This document shows positions 1 through 13,000 of a stretch of 64,000 bases of DNA, one piece after another. Both the position numbers and the translations under genes were made by a program. Location of the stretch: positions 34,245,903 to 34,309,902 of the forward strand of contig NC_068989.1 in NCBI RefSeq assembly GCF_001194135.2, in the 5' to 3' direction. The notes under the pieces are model-generated. The model saw only the letters and a program-made list of their open reading frames with translations. It was not told the origin of the DNA and ran no database searches. The number at the start of each line of letters is the position of its first letter. Position 1 is the stretch's first letter. The stretch comes from Octopus bimaculoides (Eukaryota).

Positions 1-870
1 AAAAGCAGCATATTTTAACAGAAAAATGGTAATAAAAGAGTTAAAGGGGGTCATAGGCACTGCTCTTCCTTCTGTAAATGAAGATAAAATAAAACATTCA
101 CATCATTACTATTTCTCCACATTTTCATTCCAAGGGGAGATACAAAACAGTTAACATACAAGAAAGAAATACAACACAAGAATATTCCAAGCTTATTGCA
201 TAACTACTTTATATCAAATAAAAATATACAGAATATACAAGTTTAATAATTAGAATTATTATTCAATATCACAAAGTCAGGTTTGATCAATAATACAACC
301 AACAATGTTTCTATGTACACCAGCTTCTCTGTGCAGCAATGTTGAACTGGAAATTTTAAAAAAAAAATTGTAAAAGAAAATATAAACAATAACAATAATT
401 TATTTTTAATTTAGTGTGAAAACTGTAAGATTTTAAAGAGTAAGGTGTATGCTATTTAGGAATATAAAGCTATGCTTGCCATTAGACTTTTATATCTCTC
501 ACGAATAATAATAATGATGATTTTTAACTCAATACTACTACTAATAATAATAATTGTTTCAAACTGAGGCAAAAGGTGAGTAATTTTAAGGGGACCCAAT
601 GCTCTATTGGTACTTATTGATCCTACAAGGATGAAAGGCAAAGTTGACTTCAGTGGATTTTTGAACTCAGAATATAGACACAGAAGAAATGCTGCAAGGT
701 ATTTTGTCCAAATTCTAACAATTCTATCCTACCACTCTTGCTACTAATATTAATAATATCATATCTGTATGATATGAGGCTTTGGTCAATTTATTAATGG
801 TAATTCAGAAAAGAAATAAATGTAAAGTACACCATAGTTTCTTTAATGTAATTTGCTTTCTTTGTCTAAT

Positions 871-943
871 ACTAATAATACTCCTGATCTTTTACTAATA
901 ATACTCCTGATCTTTTACTAATAATACTCCTGATCTTTTACTA
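871..943. repeat. 23-bp tandem repeat x3
   Basis: actaataatactcctgatctttt repeated exactly three times. Confidence 0.9.
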
Positions 944-2904
944 TGCTACAAATTTTATGGGGATGGGATGATAGCTGATTAAACCAATCCCAGTAGTTGG
1001 CTAGTTATTTTATTAACTCACTTCTCCAAATTTAACTGTGGCAGGGTTTGAACCTACAAAATAAGAAGGGATGTTTACTAAAATATTGCAAGTCATTTTT
1101 GTCCAGCACATCACTCAATCAATCCAGTCATTCTTCATTGCATTAATAAAATAATAAGACTGACAATATTATTTGTCACATAAGAAAAATGGAGAGTAGG
1201 AGATAGGGGAACAAACTACCAATAATATATCAGAGTATTAAATAATAGGAGATAGATCAAATGCCAAAAGAAAGTCCTGAAAATACATCTAAGTGCGAAA
1301 ATAAATTAATACCACTCCTGTCCCCTACCCCATCATTTCAGAAAGAAAAACGATTAATAAATAAATATATAGAATAAAATATTGACACTTAATTTCCCCA
1401 CCATCCGTCACCTTTTTAGAAATAGAGTTTCTCAAAGTTTAGAATTTTCTTAAGAGCAGAACTAATCTGGTTTCCTTACATTGTAATTATACCACTAAGA
1501 TGAGAATTGCTTCTTTGGTATCAAAGTTGTTGTTGTTATTATTTATCTAATTCTTTATTTCAGAGCAGCTGCTTGATGGCTAAAATGAGTGTTATATTAT
1601 TATCACCATCATCATTATGTGACCAGCAGTAGAAATGTTGATGGTAATATTATTGTTGCTGCTGTTGTCCGTGACATTCTTATTGCAACTGCTATCCCTA
1701 TCATTCATGGTTTTCATATGAAAGGAAAGCAACATAAGAAAGCCAAATTGTTTTAAACAGGATCAGATATTTAAATCATTTAAGAAAACTGATGATAAGC
1801 AATTTCAATTTAAATGGTTACAACATAAGAAAAGAACTCAAGTTAGAAATAATTTCAGTGCAGGATTGCATTGAACCAGGGATGGATAATATAGTAACAA
1901 GCTGGTGCATTAAGAACAAAAAATCATTAAAAAATAGATAAGGATTTTTGACTTAAGACCATACATATGTAGGAGTTGGTGGTGGTGGGGACTACAATGC
2001 TGTGACTTACAACTTTTTTCTTAGAAACAAATAAAAAGAAAGGTATCACGTTGTCTTTAATAAAAAATTCTCCAAGGAAATATCAAACCAATTTTAATAA
2101 AACTGATGATTTGTAAATATTTTGTTAATAGGTTTCAGTGCTTTATACAATAACATTAATTAAAAAGAAAATCTGTATCATCCTTAACCTTTAAAATCAA
2201 CATTTTACAAGGTTTCTTTTCCAGATTGATAGTTTCATTTATAAAGTTTGTCATTTTGTTAGGTAAGTGGGTTTTATACATCTGCAGTTTTTTTACATTG
2301 CAAGAGATATTCATAGTTAATTCTCATAGAACTTATAGGAAAACTACTGTCTGGAGAGCTTAAGAAATTATGAATCTGTAAAACTTCACATAAAACCTAT
2401 TTAGCTATGTTCCATTATTTTGGAGAAGGGAGGGCTTTAACCTACTTGAAACTACCCCTAGTTTTATGACATAATCTTTGTATTTTCAAGTGCTCTAAAT
2501 AAGAACTGCCATCAAAATTTCATATTATGTTCCAAACATCAACTTGATAATGAGTATATTATTTTACTGAAATTCTTCGCTGTTTTCAAAATAAATTGAA
2601 ACAAAGGAAGTGTATTTCAATAGAAATGTGATAACAATAGGCTTTAAGAAAATATTTCTTTTTTTGTAAGTCATTTGGTAATGTTCATCATAGATAAACT
2701 TGAAGAATTTAATTTGCTGGAACAGCACATCACTTTATCTTTCATTAGTCTAGAAGAGAAGCAAAATATAATCATATGGAACCAAATATCAATGGTGTGT
2801 GAAAATGTTTCAAATATTTTTCAACCATTAACTGCAAATATTTGTAATACAATTATATATTTATAGTTTAGGAGAAGTTTATGTATATATATATATATAT
2901 ATAT

Positions 2905-3190
2905 ATAGGATGTTCAGTTTACAATTGCAAAGTTGAGAGTTCAATTCCTGACGATGTGCTGTGTCCTTTAGCAAGACACTTTATTTCATGTTGCTCCAAT
3001 CCACTCAGCTGACAAAAATGAGTTGTACTTGTATTTCAAAGGGCCAGCCTTGTTGCACTTGTGTCACATTCAATCTCCCTGAGAACTACGTTAAGGGTAC
3101 ATGTGCTTGTGGAGTTAATTTCATGAGTAGGCTTTTCCGTTGATTGGATCAACTGGAACTCTCATTGTCTTAACCAACAGAGTGCTTGTA
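2905..3190 (+). mobile_element. SINE with CORE/V-like central box (related copy at about 43690-43900, minus strand)
   Basis: B box gttcaattcc followed by tgtgtcctttagcaagacacttta. Confidence 0.55.
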
Positions 3191-3732
3191 TATATATAAA
3201 TACACACACACAATACTAAGGTTTTTCATGAAATGTTATTGAAAGTAATTTTTACAAATATATTACTAATAGATTTAATTCATTGTTTTATATTGAAACA
3301 AACATTTTCTAGTTCATGTGGGATTTCTTAAAAAAACAAACTAATTTTAAAATGTTACTACCCATCAATAAGTAAACCATGTATAAATATATAAGTATAT
3401 AAACATGTATGTAGCTATTAATGACATAAAACATTACCTATCAAACCCACAAATCAATAATTTCTTCTAAAACCTACTAAACCAGAAATTGCATTAGCTT
3501 TATATGAGTATCACAGCATTTTATCCATCAAATAGTAGAAACTGAATAATAGCCTTATGGCAGACCTCAACAACCATAAAAATAATCTAGTTTGAAAACT
3601 CATGTGGTGCATCAGTCATAAATAATTTATTATTAGTAGCATTGCTATTATCATCATCAGAAACATTTAAATACTTCCTAGCAGTAATAATAACTATTAT
3701 ACATACATACACATATAAACATGCACACACAC

Positions 3733-3773
<41 letters not shown>

Positions 3774-4419
3774 TTCAGTAGGGTATTTAAATACCACTTA
3801 CTATAATCGGAGCCATCGCTCCCAAACCACGAGTAACTCACTATTAAGATAAAGATGTAAACTTGTTAGCCACCTTATTATTATCATTAATAATGGTAAT
3901 AATACTTCTTTATATATATATATATATACACACAAATACAGTTACATATAACACATATTATCAAATAGTAAAACATTTGCAATACTAAAACAAGACAAAA
4001 CATACAAATTGGTTGTCTAATAGCAATTATTGTCAGACTGCAGTGTTCCTATATGACAAGCATTAAACAGTATAAAGGGTAAACCATAAATAAAAATAGC
4101 AGTAAGAGAAGCATAAGGTTACTACATTACACTATACTATGCCGAACTGTCTGTCTCCAGTCACAATACAAAGCTGTTGTCATTTGAAAATATAAATCAT
4201 GCATATTTTATAGTCATAGATTAGTGTCAGAATTCTTTGTGAATAATAGAAGAAAAACAAAAAAAGTCAACATTTACTTTCAATTACAAAGAGAAATAGA
4301 TTGGTACAAAAAGACTTAGTATGCACCAGAACAACAGAAAAAAACACTGCTTTGTTGATTTTTTTCCTTATTAAAACAAAAATTGTGTTCATTAATCTTT
4401 AAGTTTTACTTACAATATA

Positions 4420-4691
4420 TATATATATGTGTGTATATACATATGTATGTGTGTGTATATATATATATATATAAGGTTGAGGAGGGTATATATTTATATA
4501 TTTATCTTTTTATNNNNNNNNNNNNNGTATATATATATATGCATATGTATATATATATATATATATGTATATATATGCATATGTATATATACATATATGT
4601 ATATATATATATATATATACATATATGCATATATATATATATACATATATGTATATATACATATACATATGTATGCATATGTATATATATA

Positions 4692-4723
<32 letters not shown>

Positions 4724-4981
4724 CACACACATATATATACATATATGTATACATACATACAGATACATATAATACATATATGTTTGCATACATGCACACA
4801 CACACACACACACTTTCTTAAACTGTAACACTGACTTTCAAATTGATGATTATTCAAATCATTAGATTACCAATGTGAAACTTAGTTATGATTTAAGTTT
4901 CAGCTACTAATAAAATATAATATAGACATTCATTTTATATACTGAGTACTTTTCCTTATTTGTAAAGACAAACATTCATCA

Positions 4982-5020
<39 letters not shown>

Positions 5021-5784
5021 CGTAGTAAGACTGGGTAATTTATTAGAACTATAACATAAAGTTTAACATAATATTTAACACAAACTGTAATTTCTAAGTG
5101 CAAAATGGCTGTTTGTATTGTGTTCTCTCATCCTATTTTGTTGGAAAAAATTACAGATTAACAAAATACAAGTTCATTAGACTTCACATCAGGATATTGC
5201 CTATATCAGTGGACAGATAAGATGCACATACATGTATACTATATATATATATANNNNNNNNNNNNNNNNNNNNNNNNNNNNNNNNNNNNNNNNNNNNNNN
5301 NNNNNNNNNNNNNNNNNNNNNNNNNNNNNNNNNNNNNNNNNNNNNNNNNNNNNNNNNNNNNNNNNNNNNNNNNNNNNNNNNNNNNNNNNNNNNNNNNNNN
5401 NNNNNNNNNNNNNNNNNNNNNNNNNNNNNNNNNNNNNNNNNNNNNNNNNNNNNNNNNNNNNNNNNNNNNNNNNNNNNNNNNNNNNNNNNNNNNNNNNNNN
5501 NNNNNNNNNNNNNNNNNNNNNNNNNNNNNNNNNNNNNNNNNNNNNNNNNNNNNNNNNNNNNNNNNNNNNNNNNNNNNNNNNNNNNNNNNNNNNNNNNNNN
5601 NNNNNNNNNNNNNNNNNNNNNNNNNNNNNNNNNNNNNNNNNNNNNNNNGTCCGCTTTCCATGCTAGCATGGGTTGGACGATTTGACTGAGGACTGGTGAA
5701 ACCGGATGGCAACACCAGGCTCCAATCTAAATATATACATATACATATATATATACATATATGCACATATATATACACATAAAT

Positions 5785-5833
<49 letters not shown>

Positions 5834-6025
5834 CACATATATATATATATACACACATATATATACATACATATATATACATACACATACATATATATAC
5901 ATATACACACACACATACATATATACACACACATATATATATATATACATACATACACATATATATACATATATACATATACACACACACATATATATAA
6001 ACACACACACACATATATATATATG
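4420..6025. repeat. Compound (AT)n/(AC)n microsatellite fields with gaps
   Basis: Seen directly. These produce the spurious YI/HT/CV-rich ORFs. Similar tracts occur throughout the window. Confidence 0.95.
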
Positions 6026-7328
6026 TAAGTTGGTCAGCACTTCTGTAATTTTCTTTTAAAATTAGAAGTTTGTCAAGGATATAAACTGTACAGTAGTTCT
6101 TATTAATACCATTGAACTAAATATAATTGTGAGAACAACCAGAGTAAAGATGATGGAAGGTGGGTGAGGTGGTCAACTGCATTTTGTATTTTCAGTTTTT
6201 TGTTAATTTTTCTTTTGTTTTTTATTTCTTTTCTAATTAGGATTTTTTTTTCTAAGATTCATTTCAGTGTTCTAGAGTTTCAATTCCAATATTTGTTTCA
6301 ATATTTGTTGCTCTTGTTTTGGAATAGTTTATTTTAATATAAAAAAAAAACAATTAAATACTCCTCAATAAAGTTATTTTAATTTCCGGACAATATGTCA
6401 ACTGGTCAGAAGCACATATACATCATCACATTATACACACACATTATATATATATATGTATACACAGACATCCCCCATTAGTAATGTTTCACTATTATTC
6501 TTCACCTTGCTTTAACATAGTAACCGTAATTTAACTTATACAATTATATATATGTACATGCGTATAAATATTATTTCATACATTATACAAACTGGACAAT
6601 TCAGGAGGGATTCTATATAAACATACATAGTGGGTGTATGCGTTGGTGTGTGGAGGGTGAGAAAGAGAGAGAGACAGATAGGGTAGTGGCATATGCATTA
6701 AATGAGATATATGTAGACTTTAGCATAGCAAAAGTGTATAAAGAATAACTTTTGCCACGCATACACATACTCATGTGTGTGTGATATGATGATATGATAT
6801 TCTATTACATCAAAACATTTACCAAACAGGAAATGAAACTGTACAGAAGAGAAAAAAATCAAAACCAATAAATACATATAATGTTCAACAGTGCAAGTGC
6901 CTCCATAGGTATTCTTCTTTGTAAATGGTAAAGAAAAGTTCTTTGTGTAGTATTTCAGTGTTTTATCTTTTTATTGTTATATTTTGAATACTTTTTTGTT
7001 TTATTGTTCCTGTTTTTTTTTTGTATTCATTTTTGCATACCGTTTAATTTACTATTGTTCAGCAGCTCTGGGTTTTCTTTATTTACCATCAAAAGAAATT
7101 TCATTAATTCAGTTCAATGCTAAATATATATATTTTTTCGATGTGTCTGCAAATGACATCAACTTTTCCATTATTTTAATTGTTTATATTACACAAATAT
7201 TAGCCTACATCAATAACAGTTTACCAAATAAATATTAAAATTCAATTAAATAGGAAAATTCTTCCACAACAGATAGTTATATATATAGACACACATACAC
7301 ATATATATTTGTTTGCATGCATACAAAC

Positions 7329-7366
<38 letters not shown>

Positions 7367-8189
7367 GCACTGAAAGCACAAATGCGCTCTAGTTTTAACT
7401 TTACCAAGATATTTTAATATTTTTGTAGGACTTCCTTGCCTGTATTTAGAAGCATAAATTTCTAAACCTATCATCACTGTTTCTAGACACATTCCACCTG
7501 GTCACCATGGACAACTCCATGCAACATATTAGTGGACAACACACCTACACTCAACAGAATTCCCACAAAAACATATAACTAATGAAGGTAGTAATGCCTA
7601 TAACATAGCACAGTGCTAAAAGACAGTAAACATACACAGTTGTATGAGTGATGACATAAATCTAACAATCTAAACTACAGACTCCAGTGGTAAAGTCTTA
7701 CACCAATCATGTTGGTTTTAAATGTTATAACGATCTTACAACATTGATTATTCCTTTGCAAAACTATAGTGTTCTGAACAAAATTGCAAGGAACCCATAG
7801 GAAAATAGAGAAATGCATTGGCAAGACTGGACTACAGTCATGTTTTCAATACAACATGTCTAAGGTAAAAGACGTTCTTTCAATAGATAAAGACATAATA
7901 CATACATGTATGTGTGTGTAGTATATGTGCATATACATATTCGTGTAAACTTGCATGTATATATATAAACCCTGAATTGTAGTGGGTGAGTGTAGATGTG
8001 AAATTGGTTGAACTGCATTTAGTAGGCATGATAGTTCTTGGAGAAGTTAAATAAAAATAAGGCAATTTTCAGTTGAGACTCATCATCATCATTATCTTAA
8101 TCATCCGTTTAGATTAAAGAAAACTGAAAATATAACAAAGAGAAATGCAACTAAGCAAAAAGAATTTTGTTTGCTTTTATATATTTTAT

Positions 8190-8228
<39 letters not shown>

Positions 8229-8583
8229 CAGAGATCAACATTGTTACATACTTTCATTATTTTTTTCAGTTGATTTAAAACAACCACTTCAGTCTATTAA
8301 GATGGTTGCTAAAGACCAAAAAAACAATGACTTTGGTACTTAATATGTGAAATGTGTTGAAATAAGATGTAAAATGGTGGCAGGAGAGAAGAAGGGGAAA
8401 AAGAGTGACAAATATATATAGATAGATAGATCAGGACAAAAAAGTTGGAACATAAAAGAACATGGAGTAAACAGGCTGAAAAGAAAATGGTCTTTCTGAC
8501 TTTTTCAATGACTAAGGCCACTTCACAACTTGTAATTTAGTTTTGGTCCAACGTTGCAATGATCATTCAGTCCATTTCTCCAG

Positions 8584-8604
8584 TTACAAATGAGATCCTC
8601 CAAG
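8584..8604 (-). CDS. PKD2: Candidate terminal coding exon of PKD2 (LGGSHL-stop), followed by the 3' UTR
   Basis: Minus strand reads cactaac (branch point consensus)...tttttgtcttgtgttattgcag|CTT GGA GGA TCT CAT TTG TAA. It is in frame with the phase-0 donor at 14513. Confidence 0.65.
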   Translation of the reverse strand, partial: LGGSHL

Positions 8605-9631
8605 CTGCAATAACACAAGACAAAAATATTGAGAATGTTAGTGTTTTTTTTTCTTCTCTCTTCCTACTCAATCCTCTTCATCCTCCCACCTCACAGCTCT
8701 TACACTCTGAATCTCTCTCAGTTATTCTATTACCATCTTCTCACAATAAATCTGTTCTTTTCCATCAAGAGGTGCTCTCTTTTGCTTGCAAGCTGCAAAG
8801 TGAACCCAACAATGCTGGTGCCACAAAAGGTACCTATATATATATTTACATGTGTGTGTGTGTATGTGTATTGAGAAGGTTGCAAATTTGAATGGAAAGA
8901 ATGACATTTCATGGGAAAAGTGAAAGCTGTATGGTGATATGGACAATGCAATAGAGAGGGAGAAGAGATAATTTGGTAGTAGAGAAAGTGAAGAGATCAA
9001 GGTAAAATGATGAATGGAGAGGGACACTGTTAAGAATGAAAGAAGAATGTCAAGTGAAATGATTGCAAGTAGTGAGAAATATAAGTGAAATATGTGATTC
9101 TACTTACATTTAATTACAGCAGCAGAATACTGCAGTTATGCAGGTGACAGAGAGGTCAGTGACAGGGAAAAGTGGGGTTGGAAAAGAAGGTTTGACAAAG
9201 ACTGTTTTTATAACATCAGTTTTGCTCAGTTACGCAGGTCTTCTTGGGCACCACATACCACCAGTCCCCTTGGTCCTTTGACTTAAGCATATATTTATTG
9301 CATGTGTGTGTGTGTGTGTGTGTGCATATGTACACACATACACAAACACATCATTATTCAATGTCTGTTTTCCATACTGCATGGGTTGGATAGTTTGACA
9401 GGGATTTCACAACTGAATGCTCTTCCTAACACTAAACACTTTAAAGTGGATTGAGTGTTTTTATGTGGTACCAGCATGTATATATAAACATTATAAACAT
9501 TAATGCATACATATCTATATATATACACATATATGCATATACACACACACATAAATATATGTCCAATCCATGCTAGCAAAGAAAGCAGATGTTAAATGAT
9601 GATTGATATATATATATACATATATATATAA

Positions 9632-10069
9632 TAGTTCTATATTTAAGAGATGAGGAATTATGTACATTATTTACATTTGACAGATATTTGTCCTCATCTT
9701 GTTTGTTGTTAACGCAATGTTTCAGCTGATACACCCTCCAGCCTTCATCAGGTGTCTTGGGGAAATTTCGAACCTGGGTTCTCATTCCTAAGGTATCTTT
9801 CGATGTTATTATTATTATCATTATTATTATTCAGGTCACTGCCTCGAATTGAACTCAGAATCTTGGGGTTAGTAGCCTGCGCTTGTAACCACTACACCAT
9901 GGCATATGGCATAATGGTTAAGAGCACGGGCTACTAACCCCAAGATTCTGAGTTCAATTCCAAGCAGTGACCTGAATAATAATAATAATGATAATAATAA
10001 CATCGAAAGATACCTTAGGAATGAGAACCCAGGTTCGAGATTTCCCCAAGACACCTGATGAAGGCTGGA
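9632..10069. mobile_element. Head-to-head inverted pair of a tRNA-headed, hammerhead-tailed retroposon
   Basis: The arms mirror around about 9900. Pol III A box TGGCATAATGG is at 9907-9917 and B box GTTCAATTC at 9952-9960, with mirrored boxes on the minus strand. The right arm is cut by the gap at 10070 just after CTGATGAAGGCTGGA. Confidence 0.75.
9711..9756 (-). ncRNA. Degenerate hammerhead motif in the tRNA-headed repeat
   Basis: GACAC CUGAUGA A GGCUG..CAGCU GAA ACAU U GCGUU. Stem III (ACAU rather than ACGU) and stem I each carry a mismatch. Confidence 0.55.
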
Positions 10070-10589
10070 NNNNNNNNNNNNNNNNNNNNNNNNNNNNNNN
10101 NNNNNNNNNNNNNNNNNNNNNNNNNNATATATATATATATATATATATATACCTACATACAGAGAGAAAGAATGAGAGACACACATGTATTTACATTTTG
10201 TAATAGGGCTTTGTTTATTTTTCCAGTCTCATGAGTTTCTTGCAGGAAAATAGGTTATTATTAACCACGTTGTGAAGTATGAATGACACTTCCCTTGCTG
10301 AATTTGACAAGACTGTGAAAGAAACTCATGGATGGCATTGAGTATCAATAACACTGAAGAATTAATTACGCATGAATATATGAAGGAAAGTAATCACTAA
10401 AGGACTGTAGTATCGGTTATTTCCCTTGAGAGTAGCCTAGAATATAATAACAAGCATAACATCTCTATATCTGTAGTCAAAGACCTAATTCTAAAGTAAA
10501 TAAGTCTTGGAATATCCATGGACCATACAAGGCCTTCATAACCCCATGTAATACAAGACCTTCATAACCCCATGTAATTGAGTCTAAAG

Positions 10590-11130
10590 TACTGTGTAGT
10601 TGGTTATGGAAGTGCAATGCTCACATTATGAGAAACTCTCCACTGGTCACTTTGATAGAAGAGCACCAAAGAAGTACAAGGACTCCCTACAGAAATCCCT
10701 TGGCACCTGCCCTATTGACCACTACCAGTGGTTTATTCCTGTTGCCTATCATGAAGCATGGGGTCTCACTGTTGTCCAAGCAACAGCCTCTTTTGAAGGC
10801 ACCTGTAGAACCATACTTGCAGATAAGAAGTAAAACAAAGACACTATACTCAGCTCTGATCAACTCATCTTCCCATACAGTTTCTATGGTTATGCCTGCC
10901 TGCCCCAAATTGGACTCATCAGGTATAAGCATGCCTGAAACACACATGAATTTCGCCCTCCATAAATCTTCTTACATGAAGCCAAGACAAAAAGAAGTCT
11001 GTCATAAATCTTCATTGATTCCTGATGGCTGTACCTTCTTGAGGTTAGAAAAGACAAACTTCCATTGTGGTACTCAGGTTATTGGGTTATCAGATATTCA
11101 TAACAATGAGCTATTGCCTCTTCTGTAGTT
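10590..11130. mobile_element. BovB-like RTE fragments
   Basis: 10600-10833 (+) reads HYEKLSTGHFDRRAPKKYKDSLQKSL..W..EAW, resembling the RTE/BovB C-terminus. The downstream part may be an inverted fragment. Confidence 0.55.
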
Positions 11131-12764
11131 TCAGGTGCATGGAAGTTGTAAGATAGAGAGAAGCAGTTGTGGTTCTCTGAACTCTTGCATGCATGTGTAC
11201 CCTATTGAATTGTCATGGGGTTGAAATTATTATCCCCAGAGATTACCAATGGATGAACATGGTAACTTTAGACATCTTCCTCATATATTCTTTCTCATTT
11301 TTTTCTGTCATTTTCTTATATTTGTCAGTTCATTGTCAAATTTAACAGACAAATTACCATCATATATCATTATTATTATCCTCATCATCACTATGCTGGC
11401 ATGGGTTGGATAGTTTGACAGACAATAGCCAGTCAGAAGACTGCTCTAAGCTCAGCTGTCTGCTTTGGCATGGTTTCTACAGCTGGCTACCCTTCTTAAC
11501 ATCAACCCCTCTACAGAGAGTACTGGTTAATTTTTATATGGTACCAGCAGCAGTGAGGTCACCAACTAACTCACAAGACACGACCCCTCAACTGAGGTGG
11601 GAGGCTTTGTATTAGATACACACACACACACACATAGTGTAGGTAAGTAGATAGAAAAATTAAAGGGAAAATTCTATCATATTTTAGTTGCTCAACACCT
11701 GGCATAAAACCACCTCCCTCTCTAACCATCCCTCCTCAGTCAAGAGGTCTTTTTCCTTGTCTTGTAAATTATTTGGTGACCTCACTAATGCTGGTGTTAT
11801 GAAAAATGTACCCAGTACACTCTGTGACGTGGTTGCCAAAATAGACATCAGAGCTTGCCGCAGTGTTGTGGCTTGTTGGATCCTGTCAAACTACCTGACC
11901 TGTGCCAGCAGGGACATTAAATGATGATCATCATCATGACGACTATGTATTGGAATAAATCTTAAAATATCTTTCATGAATATTCTGAAGAAAGAGAATG
12001 TAATGTATATATTTATGATTTAAGAAGAAGCCTAAAGGAATGAGAATAGCAGATGAGACAACAAACAACAACAGTAGCAGCAACACCAACAATGCAATAA
12101 GAGCATTCATTCTGAAAGTACATCTCTTTCAATACACTTGTTTACTCATCAATTTTCTATATGGATATATACTTGTAATAAGAAGCTGCATGATGAATTA
12201 TCTGTGTGTGTGCACAATACATTTAATTATAAACCAAATAAAAATTGATGTGCTAAAAATCTTGAAGTGATATATTTTTAACAGTAGTATTGATACATCT
12301 ATTTGTAACATCAAGCATAACTGACAACATGTAACACCAAACACAGCAGATAAGCAACAAATGTTTCACGTGATTTATTAGCAAGTAACAACCATATTTA
12401 CCATATTATGCTTTAGATGACTGAAATATGAATATGAAAAATATTTTTCTGATTATTTCTTGGTTTAAGAATATTACAGTTTACATTATCTAAGTTTCAG
12501 TGAGAAATGTATTAAAGATAAACTCATTGTTTTACCCAAGTTGTTGTAGCATGTGTGGTGCTGAGGATAGTGTCTGTAGGTGTCACAAGTTTGTTATATT
12601 TGCAACAATAACCCATAAATGCATAAAACAGTGGTTAAATGAAAATACAAATCTAAAGTATTAAAAAAGAATATTAAGAAGGAACACCGCAGGTTATGTG
12701 TATTTTATATATATATGTACATGTGTATATGTGTGTGTGTGTGATGCATATAGTAACAATACAA

Positions 12765-13000
12765 AGAGGAGGGCTTTAAATTCTATCACTGGAGCTGCAG
12801 AGAAGGCCACAAGATGGCTTTTGGATAACGAGGGCAGATCACTGGTTTGCTACTATTGGGATGCAAGCTAAGACTTGATCAACTCTGGCTGGGTCAACTG
12901 GGCAAAGAAGAGGAGTCTGATGTCAAAAGACCAAAACCTGATACCCTAGAAATACCATTGATAATTCATCCCAGAGTATCTGCTAGGTATATCTTAAAAC
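12765..13000 (+). mobile_element. 3' end of a HERO-like (REL) non-LTR retrotransposon
   Basis: KRRALNSITGAAEKATRWL/WITRA matches the AAExAxRWLW C-terminal motif, and is followed by a short 3' UTR. Confidence 0.6.

Noticed and set aside
871-943. Short direct repeats (also 27801-27866) as possible CRISPR-like arrays
   Set aside because: They are head-to-tail with no spacers, in a eukaryotic context. These are ordinary minisatellites.
3587-3677. ORF tail KYLNVSDDDNSNATNNKLFMTDAPHEFSN* after a possible acceptor
   Set aside because: It is not in frame with any PKD2 donor or with the 39-nt candidate exon, and has no recognisable homology.
4383-6059. Many long ORFs rich in Y/I/H/T/C/V (also at 17.8, 23.3, 32.7 and 34.1 kb)
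   Set aside because: They are translations of (AT)n/(AC)n microsatellites and N gaps, not genes.
1-8583. Possible very long PKD2 3' UTR, or the 3' end of a convergent plus-strand gene near 6200-7240
   Set aside because: The region is relatively TE-poor and has AATAAA on both strands, but the extent and strand cannot be fixed without transcript data.
9907-9975. tRNA-like sequence with A and B boxes
   Set aside because: No complete cloverleaf or acceptor stem is evident and it is embedded in a repeat, so it is treated as a SINE head and not a tRNA gene.
10875-10930. Minus-strand CTGATGAGTCC..GGGC..GAAACTGTA resembling a hammerhead
   Set aside because: 17 nt separate stem II from GAAA, and stem I does not pair.
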